Shown piece after piece: positions 38,320 to 52,149 of a stretch of DNA of 64,000 nt (position 1 is the first letter of the stretch; each line of letters starts with the position of its first letter). Source of the DNA: Torpedo marmorata (taxonomy: Eukaryota); contig OZ360229.1 in the NCBI GenBank assembly GCA_977017645.1, positions 87,916,001 through 87,980,000 on the forward strand. Direction: 5' to 3'. The position numbers and the translations under genes are program-made. The notes below the pieces were generated by a model. It was not told the origin of the DNA, made no database searches, and was given only the letters and a program-made list of their open reading frames with translations.

Positions 38320-38600
38320 AATAGTGGTGCTACCGCAGCGCGTCAGAAGTTTGGATCTGGAGCTCTGGTTGCTGATGGTTTGAACTGGAGTCTCTGCGGC
38401 TGCAGGAGTGCTGGAGTCGAACCCACAGACACTCAGTGACTCTGAAGGGACTTGCTTTTGCATTTCATTCTCTTACTGTAAGGGTGCCAGGCAACACTAA
38501 TGGCGACTCTGTCTGCCTTACGACAGACAGAAGGCAATTTCGTGTAATATTACATGTTCTCTACTATTATATGACAATAAAGGAATCTTGAATCTGAACT
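38320..38600 (+). mobile_element. Non-coding retroposon with Rex-like tail, inserted in a CR1 tail (about 38000-38620)
   Basis: Ends atgacaataaaggaatcttgaatctgaa; homologous to 21258-21660 and 22020-22132. Confidence 0.7.
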
Positions 38601-39194
38601 CTGTTTCTATGTCTTATGTTTTTAAAAAGTATTTTCTCCATTAAGGAGCTGTTTAAAATGGTCACCTTCAAGGATAGTTAAAAACCAGATTTTTTTGGGC
38701 AAAAGAAAAAGAACTGCAGATGCTGGAATCTCGAGCAAACAATGAGCTGTTGGAGGAACTCACTGGGTCAGGCAGCACCCATGGTCAGTCAGATCTTCAG
38801 GATAGGACCTTTAAAATCGAGACTTTATTGTAATATTTGGACTAGAGTTCCTAAAATCTCACAGCTTACAAGGCGATCAGATTTCTGAATCTCTCCCAAT
38901 TTATAGGCCTGTCAGACTTTGGGAAGAGATAGCCCAAATAACTGTTTTCCTATCAGCGTTGCTTCCCTACTGCTCACAGATGAACATGCCAGCAATGATT
39001 TGCTTTTAGTAGATTGAGACTAGGATGTCTGAAATCTTCAGGAATATCAGAAGATGCAAAGAAAATATGAAGCCCTCGAGAAAGTAATTTTAACAAAATA
39101 CTTGAAGCACACATTTCAAGTTAATCAGCATTTGATAAAAAAAGAACTAAAGTTAATTGTTTTGACTGAAGTTTCTGCCTCTCTTTTGTAAAAG

Positions 39195-39440
39195 GCCGGC
39201 AAAGTTAGCGTAGCGGGGCAGCATGGTGGTTAGTTAGCACAACGTTATTACAGCTCCAGCGACCCAGGTTCAAATCCGGCGCTATCTGTAAAGAGTTTGT
39301 GTGTTCTCCCAGTGTCTAAATGGGTTTCCTCCGATTTCCTTCCACCTTTCAAAAATGTATGGGAGTTGTTGGTTAATTGGAGTATTTGGGTGGCATGGGC
39401 TCGTGGGCCAGAAGGGCCTGTTAATGTTTTGCATGTCCAA
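39195..39440 (+). mobile_element. HE1-like tRNA SINE
   Basis: B box ggttcaaatcc, core gagtttgtgtgttctccc...gggtttcctcc and tail gggccagaagggcctgtt. Confidence 0.8.
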
Positions 39441-41879
39441 ATTTTCAAAAACTTAAATTTAAAAAAATTAATATCTTCAAAGCAATGCTTTATTTCAGAT
39501 GTCCAACTTTCCCATCTTCCACTGCACCAAGATAATTAAATTGTTCTACTGCAGACTGAACAAAATGTTTTTTAAAAATCACACTGTTCAGCTGAAAGTA
39601 GTAATTTTTCCATTTTTAAAAAAAGCATCTAAAAGAAAGGAATTGGTGACCATGCCATCACAGTTGCATGTGTTCTTTCTAAACAAGTTAAATAAAGAGT
39701 TTGTGGAGTGATATAATTAACCTCTAATTTCCTGACTGGACAATGATCACATTCTGGAAGAAGCACTATTTTGACAAAAGGCGGTAGATATATTTTGGAG
39801 GGAATTTGACCTTTGCCCTTGCACTGATAAGGCAGCTTGCCCCTCCCCCCTAGAGGCCCACGATCCTGTTCCAAAGGGACTCCTTGCCCTCGCCAGACCA
39901 GACTGCACAGAACAATGAGCTTCTTCGGACCACTCTGCAGCCCCCAACCTTTCCATGCACTGTGCTCCTAACCCTCGAAAGGCCTGACTGAACAAACACA
40001 GTGTAGTTTCCACATGGCCTCCCCGAGTCCCATTTCAGTCCAGCAATGAAAAGAACTACTGTAAATAAAGGAGGCCTCTGACCTGTCATTGTCTGTTTTC
40101 AGACCCCCGTATCCATTCTACTGTAACCCAGCCACACTCTGCACAATGGACTCACTGATGGCTGTGGTAACCTTTGCCTGAGAGTGGAAGAACTATAGCT
40201 TCAGAAATAAAAGAGCCCTGTCAAAGATTTCCCTCCCCACTGCGCTCCCAAACCCTGCAGCTTTGCTATTCCTGCTGATCAAGGCTGTAGACCTACAAAT
40301 TCACATTTAAAACATTTGTTTTCTTTCAATAAATCTTTCAGGTAATATGGTTGTTTGTTTTTTTTTTTTTTAAACTGCTAAAATCTCATCTTTTTGCTAT
40401 CTGTGCAAACTGAGATCACAAATTCAACAGCACGATTTGTAAAATGCAACCGATTGGGGACAAATTTAAACGATGTTGCTAATAAAAAAAAATACCAACA
40501 AGTCAGTCCAGGGAATTAAGTGGTATTTATCCAACCTACATACATGTATGATAGTTGCAAGTATTCTCATTGTTCCTCAAGGGTGATCGGATTCAGGGCG
40601 AGCTATAGAGGTTGCAATTTACAGATCGTTTTGGAGAGCTCTTGTAAAACTTCACAAGCAATGTGGGCACATCTCTCGAGCTGCTTCAGTGAGATGATTT
40701 CTGGTGACCAATGTTTCGGTTTGGAGCTCTGTTCTGCTCTGTACCCTAGGTGAAATCCAAGGGACAGGCAGCAATCTGCTGGGAATCCTGGCCTTCAAAG
40801 TCATAACTGTAACGTGCGCCATGAGATTATGTTGTGGACTTGCACAAAAGATCAAGACACAAAATCCATGTCATTTAAAAAAAGAATGGGAAACATCAGG
40901 AATCATTCTTCCCCTTGCTCTAAAGATAAAACAAACTGAGATGTTACAGCTGCCAGGAAAGGTTGACTAGATGGGGGCTCTTTTACTTCCAAAAGGCTGA
41001 GGAGTAATCATATACAAAGGCACGATTATGAAATAATTTGATAAACAGAGGTGGTGCTTCTATAACATCAACACAGAGGATAGCATTACTAATACAAGTC
41101 ACTCAGTGGTGAGAATGAGGAACTTGTCAACTCATGGAGCTATTAAAGCCTGTAAAATGGATGCATCTGAGGGGAAAATCCATAAGGGCGCAATGAGAAA
41201 AGAATAGGGTTTGCTGATGGCTGATGCCTCATCTCCAGTACAGACCTCCTGGGTGCATAGATCAATCAGATAAACAGGCCAAAACTAAAGATTGGCAGAA
41301 AATGAAATTTGTTGCGAATTGCAAGAATAAAAAAAACTGCCTTGAAATGGAAAGGGGGAGAAAAAGAGCGTCACTGGAAAAAAAAAAAAAACTACTCCTT
41401 AAAGTGTGCACGGATTCAATTTAGCTCATGAAATAGACAGTTGTTGCAGGGAATAACTATTTGGGAATTGTACCAGGCAGAAAGGAAGTTTTAAACCAGC
41501 AGGGGGAAACAATGTGGAAGAGGATTTTTCCAAGCTTTCCAATCTGCTCCTTATTCATTAAGAGCAGAATCAAACCCACCCTCTAAACCAGAAACAGACT
41601 GAAGTCTACAAGAAGATTTGCCATATTGAATTATTCAAAATAGGATAGTGAATAACGCAGTTACACCAGGTGAAATATGCAAATATAATGGAAAATTCAA
41701 CCTTATTATTTTCCTTTCCACAAGACTGAAAGAGCCAAGTTGGTTTAGAAGGGTAATCCCCTTCACAGCTAATCAGATTTCTGCCCCCACACCAATTCGG
41801 AAATCACGTTTGTCATGAACTCCACTTACAGCATGCTGAAGCTTTTTTCCCCCCCAGAAGTGGGTTGAAAGGGCGATAC

Positions 41880-42325
41880 ACAGAACATAACAGCAGTCCC
41901 TCTGCCCTCGATGTTGTGCCAACCTATAAATTCCTACCAAAAAATACCAAATCCTTCCTACCTCATGACCCTCTATTTTTCTTTCATCCATGTACCTGTC
42001 TAAGAGTCTCTTAAATGCCCCTATTGTTCCAGCCTCCACCACCATGCATTCCAGGCACCCACTACTCTTTAAAAAAAAAACGTACCCCTGATATCTCCCC
42101 TAAACCTTCCTCCCTTCACTTTGTACAGATGTCCTCTGATGTTTGCTATTCCTGCCCTGGGAAAAAGGTGCTGGCTGTCCACCTTATCTATGCCTCGCAG
42201 AATCTTGTAGACCTCTATTAAGTCTCCTCTCATCCTTCTGCACTCCAAAGAGAAAAGTCCTAGCTCTGCCAACCTTGCCTCATAAGACACGTTCTCCAAT
42301 CCAGGCAACATCCTGGTAAATCTCT
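41880..42325 (-). mobile_element. CR1 LINE 3' fragment
   Basis: RMLPGLE.SYEARLAELGLFSLE.RRMRGDLIEVYKI plus 3'UTR. Confidence 0.92.
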
Positions 42326-42377
42326 AGTCTTTGTCCTTGGTCCCAATTTCCTGACTATTGGTAAGCAAAGTGACTGG

Positions 42378-42640
42378 AGCACAACATTATCACAGTGGAA
42401 CAGCTGGTAGAATTGCTGTCTCAAAGTTCCAGGGACCCAAGTTCAATCCTGAATCCTGGTGCTGTCTGTGTGGAGTCTGCACATTCATCCTGCCTACATT
42501 TCTTCTGGGTGTTTCATGTCCTCCCACATATGTGATGTTGATTGGTTAATAGATCACTAATGTATGATGGGAATAAGAAAACATATTCCAGGGAATATTA
42601 TGAGAAATGGAAGTTGACGTAGATGCATGGACGAGTGTCA
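42378..42640 (+). mobile_element. HE1-like tRNA SINE, decayed
   Basis: cacagtggaacagctggtaga...gttcaatcctga...gctgtctgtgtggagt. Confidence 0.65.
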
Positions 42641-42687
42641 ACCTGGCCTCATTTTCAAGTTTAATGGTTGGACAAGCATGCATTTGG

Positions 42688-42906
42688 GATCAAAGGATGC
42701 TGATGTCAAAGGCCCACTGAAACAGAGAGATCCAAAGGATGCTGATGTCAAAGGCCCACTGAAACAGAGATCCAAAGGATGCTGATGTCAAAGGCCCACT
42801 GAAACAGAGAGATCCAAAGGATGCTGATGTCAAAGGCCCACTGAAACAGAGAGATCCAAAGGATGCTGATGTCAAAGGCTCACTGAAACAGAGAGATCCA
42901 AAGGAT
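42688..42906. repeat. 42-bp minisatellite, about 5 copies
   Basis: Unit CCAAAGGATGCTGATGTCAAAGGCCCACTGAAACAGAGAGAT; one copy is 40 bp and one has a C>T. Confidence 0.97.
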
Positions 42907-44667
42907 TCCACAGCACTAACAACAAAACAGGAAATCCTCACTGTGCCCCAACACTTCTCTCAATGTTACAAATAAATGAACTTATTTCATTGGTAATAAA
43001 GGGATCTTGCTACCAGAAATGGGTTGCTTTACTCAGACATAAAAGAGCCTACATTCCACAATTGACTGAGAAATGTTTTGTGAAAGCTAGAAAAAGTCAA
43101 ACCAGACATAGATGTTGAAATTGTTCAGCTTTTTTTGAAAACTTGTATTTAAGTGGAACCTTTTGTGTATCCAAAAGTGCTCCATCACTAATGTGATATT
43201 TAGATATTGAAAAATAGTCAAATGAGCACATATCAGGATTTCATGAATGAGGATGTGATTTCCTCATGCTGAATGAGCAATAAATGTAACGTTCTGGGAT
43301 CTTTCATTCCCACCCAAGCTGGGAAGCAGGATCTCAGTTTATCACCTCATCTGAAGGACTGTACCTTTGACAAAGCAGCAGTCCCATAATACTGCATAGG
43401 AATATTAGCATAATGATATTCTGTACAGTGGGACTTGAACCAAAATCTCAGTGTACAATATTTTAGATAAGTCACTCTTAACTTCCATTCTATGCGGAGT
43501 TTCTGGCCCCTCATCAAGTCATTAAGGATGCTACAAAGTCAATAAAGATTTTTTTTTGTCCCCCTTCAGGTCCTTTTCCAGCAGAACTTACTGCAGAGTT
43601 CACCAATGTGGAGATCACTCAAGGGCAGCATGCATCCAAACAGGCTAGTACCCCTTTACCATTAGTATTTCCTTTCCTAGGAAACATGGCAGAGGTTTTT
43701 AAATTATCAAGGAGTTTGATAGAGCAGATGGAGAGATTTGCCTGCTGGCCTAAAGCCAGAGGTTAGTGATTCCAGGACAGCCAACAAATCCAATAAAGCA
43801 CTCAGAAGGAACAACTTTACCCAGACAGAAGAACTGGTTGAGGCATTTAAGGGGAAAGAACCTTGAGTGAGACAAAATAAAATAGACAAATGTGGTTGAA
43901 TGGAAGGAGTAGTGAGTCACGTTGAGCATAAACACGTTATAGATCAGTTGCATCTGAGCTGAAATTAATTCTCAAAATACAATTGAATAGCCTGCTAAAC
44001 TTCATTACTGAGGTTCAAAATACAACAAAGGGCCACCTGGACTACAGACCGAAAGGCTGCTGCTTTAATCAAGCGAGACTTCCACTGGACGGACAAAGGA
44101 TTCGCTGGCATGTCAATGCAACTCTTAACCTTTGGCCTGTCAACTCTGGACAAATCCATGTGCTGTGCCAAGCCACTTCACCACCTCTTGGCCAAATTTC
44201 ATGTGCGTGGCTGACGTGATATTTAGTCAAACATTACACTCTAACCTCCAAGATGGCAGTACAGAGTTCAAAATGATAGCGCTCAAAATGATAGCACTCA
44301 AAAACACAATGTCTGGAAAGATCATGATGCCAACATCATTGATCTTATTTGCACATTTTTAACCAGTGCTCTCATCACATCCAGGAACTTTGTGTTGAAA
44401 CAAAGTTAGTTATGAGAAGAGACCATCTAGACTGAGTTGTTTTCTTTGGAACACAGGAAACAGAGGGAAGATTTAAATGAGATGGACAAAATGATGAAAT
44501 GTCTGCACAAGGTAGATGGCAGGAAACCATTTCCCTTAGCAGAGAGCTCAGTAACCAGGGAACAATGATCTAAATTTGTTGCTGTAAAGGATTAAAGGAG
44601 TAACAATACAAGGGTCTGGAACTCGCTTTCTGAAAGGGTGGTGAGAACAAAAAAATGCACCATACTT

Positions 44668-45790
44668 CTAGAACATTACAACACAGTACAGGCCCTTTGT
44701 TCCACAATGTTGTGCTGACCCATATATACTGTAAGAACCGTAAGTTTAATTACTTACCTTGGTCGCGGCACTCCGATGGTCTCGGCGGGTTACGGAGGAG
44801 TCGCGGTGTTTGTTAGGCCGTGCTTCTTAGTACTCTGCGCATGCGCTAGAGTGCCGACAGGCGCATGCGCAGTTGGGAATTGACGGCAGCGTGTGCGCAT
44901 TGAGCATGCGCGAATCGGGAAAAGGAATAGGAAAAGATGGCGACGGAGGAGGGTGAGTGAGATCGCCATATCTTTTATTGACCGTTTCATTGAACGTTTA
45001 AACTCGTTTCATTGATGGTTTAAAGTCTTTAAAGTCATTTAATTGAACATCTAAATACAGTCAAAGGAATCGTTTAAAGGAACTCATTAAACATCGTTAT
45101 CAAGAACTGTTTATATTTCGTTTAAAGAAGATATTTAAGTCATTGAAGATTGCTGCAAGTCACGTGTGTAAATAAAGTTTTTTGAACCTTTGTTAGTAAA
45201 TTAATTGAAACGCGTCAAAGACAAGTATCTCACCTAGCCTCCAAGTGACTATTTGTTGGATTGAAGTCACTATATATTCCTACCAAAAAACTAAACCCTT
45301 CCTACCTCATAACCTTCTTTTTCTTTCATCCATGTGCCTGTCTAAGAGACTCTTAAATGCCCCTAATGTTCCAGCCTCCACCACCACCCCTGGCAATGCA
45401 TTCCAGGCACCCACAACTGTGTAAAAATAACTTACCCCTGATGTCTCCCCTTCCTCCATTCATTTTTTTTTTAAACCAATGTCCTCTGGTCTTTGCTACA
45501 CCCGTCCTGAGAAAAATGTCCTGACTGTACCTCATCTGTGCCTCTCTATCTTGTAGACCTCTGTTAAGTCACCTCTCATCCTTCTTCGCTCTAAAGAGAA
45601 AAGCCCAAGCTCTGCTAACCTTGCCTCATAAGACTTATTTTCTAATGCAGGCAACATCCTGGTAAATTTCCTCTGTACCCTCTCCACAGCTTCCACATTC
45701 TTCCTGTAATGAGATGACCAGAACTGAATACAATATTCTAAGTGTGGTCTCACCAGAGATTTATAGAGCTGCAACATTACCTCAAAGCAA
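44668..45790 (-). mobile_element. CR1 3' fragment interrupted by a solo LTR
   Basis: LVRPHLEYCIQFWS...RRMRGDL at 45532-45790; the tail continues at 44668-44729. Confidence 0.9.
44730..45273 (+). mobile_element. Probable CpG-rich solo LTR
   Basis: Starts TGTAAG, has AATAAA at about 45171 and cleanly interrupts a CR1 tail (compare 41910-41945). The terminal CA and the TSD (tatac/tatat) are degenerate. Confidence 0.65.
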
Positions 45791-46134
45791 TTGATGAGAC
45801 AACCTACAGGGCTCTGGGCCAACATTGATTCACTGGAGCAAATGTCTGTCTTTTGTGCTGGAAAATTTTATGATTGTAAGACACTTAAAATATCTCTTTC
45901 ACACAAACGTACAAAAGTAGCTCATTGCTTGAAACACTGATACACAAAGATACTATAATACAATTATAAATGCTCTCACTGTCCCAAAAGAATTGCTATA
46001 TTTGTAACTGCTTCACTGCTTGAACAGAGTTTAGCAGTTTCCATCAAGTAATCCACTGATTTATTGAGAATTGAACAGTTAAAGCAATGTTGGAAGTAGC
46101 TATTCAGCCAAGATCTCTGAGAGAGCACCCAATT

Positions 46135-46715
46135 TAGAACCATAGAACATTACAGCACAGAAACAGGCCCCTTCAGCCCTTCTAGTTTGTGCCGAACCAT
46201 TTATTTGCCTAGTCCCACTGACCTGCACCCAGTCCATAGCCCTCCATACCTCTCCCATCCATGTACCTGTCCAAATTCATCTTAAATGTTAAAATTAAGC
46301 CCGCATTCACCACTTCAGCTGCCAGCTCATTCCACACTCCCACCACTCTCTGTGTGAAGAAGTTTCCCCTCACGTTCCCCCTAAACATTTCCCCTTTCAC
46401 TCTTAACTCATGACCTCTAGTTTGTATCTCACCTACCCTCAGTGCAAAAAGCCCTACCTACATTTACTCTGTCTATCCCCCTCATAATTTTAAATACCTC
46501 TATCAAATCTCCCCTCATTCTTCTACGCTCCAGGGAATAAAGTCCTAACCTGTTTAACCTTTCCTTGTAACTCAGTTTTTCTCTGCACTCTTTCTATCTT
46601 AGATATCGTTCCGGTAGTTAGGTGACCAAAACTGCACACAATACTCCAAATTTGGCCTCACCAATATCATATACAACTTTACTATAACATCCCAACTCCT
46701 ATACTCAATACTTTG
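46135..46715 (-). mobile_element. CR1 LINE 3' fragment
   Basis: [17 protein letters not shown] and NFFTQRVVGVWNEL; tail (agaaccat)n. Confidence 0.92.
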
Positions 46716-49700
46716 ATTTTGACTTGACACTCCAGTGTTCTCCCAGCACCCTGAGCCATGTGGCCCAGTCTCCAGCTCAATGGCCTGTCCCATTTGTCGG
46801 CGCTAATCTCCTACCCTTAAATTCCTTTACCCCTCCCCCAAGTATTTCTCCAATTGCTTTTTCAAAGTTCTGATTGAATTCATTTCCAGGTGTGTTGGAC
46901 TCTAGGCTATAGAGTGATAGCGAGAGGCAATGGGAGATGTGAAGAGAATGAACATTTAGGGCTAATGTAGTGGGTGGTGATAACCTGGGTGAAATTTGAG
47001 CACAATAGTTGAAGACAGTCATCGTGAAGCCCCAGATGATTCAACAAAATACTGACAAAATATGAGTGGGAAATGTAGATGATTGTAAATAAAAGAATGC
47101 CAGAGCTTTCACTCACATTCTTCATGTGGCAGCCAATATGGACGTCTGTTTCAGATCCTTCCTCATCATCATTTCTCGGGAGATATTAAACTGGCTCTCC
47201 AGGGAACAGAAGAAATCCCCAAGATTTATATATTATTTAGAGTGCGGAGGTCTACTGCTGATAAAAATTCCCCCTTCATTGCATCCGACTTTTCTTGGAG
47301 CATTTCACCTACAGACAGCAAGTCAAAAGCCATCCTCTCACAACTCAAAAACACTGGCAGGACTAGCAATTTAATACCCACATCCAAATACCCTCGAGAG
47401 GGAATGTCAAGCCACTGGCATCATCCACCTGATGAAGACACTCCCACAATCCTGCTGGGGTACAGTTGCACAATTTTGACCCATTGATAATAAAAGAACG
47501 GCAATACAGTATGAAGTCCGGAAACCGTACAACTTGAAGGAAACCCACTGCTCCAACCACGGGCCTTAAAATAGAATTGCTCACCAACTTCCATCTTCCC
47601 ATAACCATCAAGCGCTCAGGAGCAGAGTGACATGACCCTGACCACAATTTCATTAGTTTCATTCTCTGTCAGGGTTCCACATTTAAGTTCCTTAATATAC
47701 AAAAAAAGGCTTCCAACTACTCACCAGGGTAGTACTCAAAAGAAACTTCTCCAGCGATTTTGGATCAAAATGGTAAAAGGATTGGACGCCATATACACAA
47801 CCCCCTTTTTCCTCCACCCGAGGAATTGTGGCCACATAACACACCATCAGCTTTTCCAAATGTTTCCCCAGCTGCTTCTTTAGTTGAAGAGACTTTTTAT
47901 TACATAATCATATTTTCTATTTTGGCACCCTGAGGCACTGTTTCTCATTTATTAAATTCTGTTTGACCAAATTCCTAAGTGGTTGTTGTTTTTTTTTTGT
48001 TTTTTTTTTTTTTTAAGAAAAACAGCAGACTGCCCAGAACATTCCGTTTTTTTCTTGCACAACACTTAGATCTAAAATTTAAAAACAGGCAGTATTTGTT
48101 AACTATTTTGATCATATTCCCACCAGTTGCTGTTCCATTCATCACATCTGCGAGATCACCCTTCAACAATCTGGTTTAAATCACTACAAAGCCCTCTCTT
48201 TCTCTCCTACTACAATACAAATTAATAGCATTACAATGACTTTCAAATTTCTTCATATTAAAACTGTGCCTCAGAATTAAATCTTTAGTTTGAATGTGAG
48301 CTTAAGGGAAATGGTGCGCTCTGCTCCTTTAGGGCTTGTAGTCAACCAAAGGGGCAGACATTTTTGTGGTAGGTCTATTAGAAAGCATAACTTTGTCAAG
48401 TGCAAAGCCAAGCCACAACATCATTAGACTTAATCACAAAGGATTTCCTTCCACTGGCTCCATCACTGCAGAATTGTCAGAGAAAGGCAGGTAGGTCCAG
48501 AAGGGGAGTGATGGAGATCAAGGCCAAGAGATCCAGGTGTGCAAGGACAGTTGCACGATTAATTGGGGTAAAATGGAGGGTGCTGGGATTCAAGATCAGA
48601 GTTGTAGTTGGAGGTGGGCTGTGCATGTCTTCAGGCAAGATACCAAAAAAGTGGATGATGCAAAAATAAAAATTTGAGAGGATCTACCTGCCAGAAGATG
48701 GACCCCAACTCAATTGCTACTGAACAGATACGGCTGGTTTCTCACAGCGGAACGATAAGCAAGTCTCAGCTGCTTTATTAGGATATGCTTTTGCACAAGT
48801 TATCCCTTGGTAGGTCACAAAAGAACAAGTGGATTTTGCATGTCATATGCCATTTGACATCACTATACACATCTTTCTGTCTTTGCCACTGCACAGTGCG
48901 CTCAGAACAAAATTAGCAAAATACTTTATCCAATTCCTTAAGATTTATTTCCAAGAAGCACACAAGGTTGTATGAGAACAGAATCACCACCCTACAGCAT
49001 TGAATGCATTGGTCCTTGTGCTGGCTTTTCCTCATAGACCAAGCTTAAGGATCAGAAAGATGGAAGATTCTTCTGCTGCTTTAAGGCAACAAACTGCCTT
49101 GAATGCAGCAAAACATCCCAAGGTAGCAAAATAAAGCCAATACTCAGCCAACAATGATTACAGTGGCCTAAACCACCGCCAACTAGTCCCATTAATGATC
49201 AAATGAGACATACGATCATCTCTTGGATGCCGACCAAGAAATTTACAAATATATTGGGGCTAAAGCCTGTAAAATCAAAATGAGCAAAACAGGGCAAGAA
49301 CAGGAAAAAGATGCAAATTACTTTTGACACCAGACTTCTAGAAAAACTTACAAAAAGTCTGAGGTGTACTAGCGCAAGATGAACTATTTTGCTGTCATCA
49401 ATTCACAATTGGTTGAACATTGCTGCTGAACTTTATACGTTGCTAAAGCCCAAATATTTCCTTGAATACACCCACATCTTTGACCCCCTTCAGTGCTTTT
49501 CAGAAAGAGCATGAATAAATACATGGCTTTTATTCAAAATTATAAACTATTTCCCTTTTCACAACTTTCTCAAAAACTATGCCAATAAAGTTTGGGCTGG
49601 GTGGTAGTTCTCTCCTTAACCGTACTTTTCTGGTTCATGGCACCTCTGCCTGTGTAGGACGTTGGGGGCAGAGTTGAGAGTAAAACAGATCAAAGACAAG

Positions 49701-50819
49701 TCTCTGAACAATAGTTTCATCTCAGAGGTGGTGAAGTGATTTACTATTGTAAATTGTGAAATTGTAAGAGAACATTTATAAACACAAGGCATTTTAAAAT
49801 AGATACCAACTATACTTTCATACGATTGCACCACATTGTATACAAGGTAATTTATAGTCAGGCTAAACTTGAAAGCAATCAACTTTATTTAACGAATGTG
49901 CAAGATAAGACTCCAGCGAAGATGTAGAACACAAAAGATATTCTTTTTATCTCTCAACTTCCTTATCTAACCACAAGTGCACGAGTCTGTGCCTTCAAGC
50001 ACGGCACACTATTTCATAACAGCCACCTGACTAGTCAACCAGGGCCCCAAATGCACACTGAGGTTTGCAGTTACTGGTTTATACTGGAAAGTAGTGAGCG
50101 AAGAAATACAAACTGTTTTCTTACGCAATGGTACAACTTTATCTCTGCTCTTCAAATTCAGTTTGTGATACCAGCACCACCCTTGGAACCCACATTCTGT
50201 AACTAGACTGGTGTAACCACACTGCTTCACTACTAACATTTTAAAATGCACACTTGTAGCTATGCACTGGTCTGTACAGAGGATTTCTTGAAATTAATAA
50301 TCTAGAAATTAAGTGATCATTGGAATCCAACATAGCCCTAGAATCTGCTGACTTTCTTGTTTAACTCCATTAAGCAGATAGGGCCTGTTCTTTTCCATCA
50401 AACTTTCAATGGCACAAATCAATATTTTTCAGAAGATATTTCACATGTACATTATTTTTATTCCACTGGAAAAAAAAATCTGCTCAATTCCAGACCCACT
50501 TTTGAGCATCCCCCCAACCTCCTCCCTCCCTCAATATCAACCCCATTGTACCCTACAAAGAATGGTGCTGCTCTTTTCTCCTGGCCCTATTTTTGAGTCA
50601 CATTCTCCCAGAGACCAACTCATCTCTCTGGCAAAGATCAAAGAGAGAGATGGCGCTTCAGGATCTGTTCAGACAAGCGTCATTCCTATTTAGAAGAATG
50701 AAGTTTGAATCCCGGTACCAGTCAGTCTCCAGGACTTTGCCCCGTTTACATTCCTGGAAGATGCTCTGGGACATTTCTCTGCAATAAGGCAGCTGAAGGT
50801 CATTCAAGCTGTCTTCAGA

Positions 50820-50943
50820 GGTTTTAGATGCAACAACACCCAGGAGTAGCTCACACAGTGCAGCTCCCTCAACTTCTGGTTCTAGATGCAACAGCACCCA
50901 GGAGTAGCTCACACAGTTCAGCTCCCTCAACTTCTGGTTATAG
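50820..50943. repeat. 58-bp tandem duplication
   Basis: tagatgcaac...acccaggagtagctcacacagt...ctccctcaacttctggt starts at 50825 and again at 50883. Confidence 0.92.
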
Positions 50944-51880
50944 CCTCTAAATTCACAGCACCAGAGTGACCATCAAAAACTGAAGCCTGATTGCATTTTT
51001 AAAAAATATGGTCATTTTCATCCTTAAATATGCTTAATGATTGAAGTGGGGCAGATGGGGAAAAGGGAGAGAAAAGTACATGCTCCCAAAAATGAGTTAC
51101 AGGGAATCGGTGGGGCAGAATCATGACTAATGCAGAATTTAACTGACAAGAAAGTCTACAGGAAGAAGGGGACAGAGGTGACTAACACAAGTTATCAGGC
51201 ACCACGAAGCCTTCTCTTCATCATCGCCCAACATTAACCACAATTTTATAATTTCAATGACTAATTTTCTGTTGCTAAAAATTGTTTTAAGAAATTAAAG
51301 CACTTTTGATGTTCTAAAGTGACTATGATTAAAAAATAATCACTTTTCCAAGAGAATGTCATTTCACTGTGTAGGCTTGAAGTACTGCGGTAAATGCATT
51401 AGGCCTTTGTAAAACCGAATAGACTGCAGGCTGTAAAAGGTCAATTGCTGCTTTAAGCTTTGCTACTTTATGTACATTGTTAGCATCTGGTCTCTCTCTG
51501 GGGTATGAAACTATGGACATTTTGGTGGAGTCAATGGAATGAAGTCAGGATTCTTGAAGCATCTGAATCATGGAGAGCTTATTCGACACTTCATGGTTAT
51601 GGAGTTAAATGGAAAACCCAGATAATGATGAGTCCACACCAACCTGTGGACATCCAAAGACCAACAGCATACATGCCATTGAATTCTGTTGCCTACAACC
51701 AAACTCAGACCATCACAATCACATCCTCTGAGCAAAAGCCAAAATCACAGAAACACTTGGACCCTGAAGGATTGATAGAAAGACTTGGGGAAAAAAAAAA
51801 AACAATAAAACCAAGTTTAAGGCATTTGTTTGGATTTTTATACAAAATTTTCACGATTACAAAAAGACGAGACACTTTAC

Positions 51881-51912
51881 CCTAATATATCATTCATCCT
51901 TTATACAATTAG
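51881..51912 (-). other. Candidate 32-nt exon with stops in all three frames
   Basis: Minus: tttgcactcttttttgcattttggcag|CTAATTG...TTAGG|gtaaag, with several UGC motifs upstream. Confidence 0.35.
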
Positions 51913-52149
51913 CTGCCAAAATGCAAAAAAGAGTGCAAAATGAATAATAAATGCAAACCTTTCTCATTCAATGCATTATATCTGTATGAAAGTTGAAGTC
52001 TGCAATTGCAAACTACTCAAGCTGTCATTAAATGAATTGTAATTATTGATGAAAATACAAAGAACTGCAGAAATATTTTTTTTCCATTCTGTGAATGGGA
52101 AGTGAAATTGACATTTGCAAATAAAATTCCAACCCATCAAATCAAATTG

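Noticed and set aside
40315-40350. Plus-strand YAG|GTAAT recursive-splice-like site
   Set aside because: It is on the opposite strand to all other exon candidates and occurs once.
42688-42941. 42-bp array as CRISPR or as a coding repeat
   Set aside because: The units are head-to-tail with no spacers, and the 40-bp unit breaks the frame.
47020-47680. Stop-poor stretch with several short ORFs
   Set aside because: No recognisable domain or convincing splice sites; probably an old repeat I could not classify.
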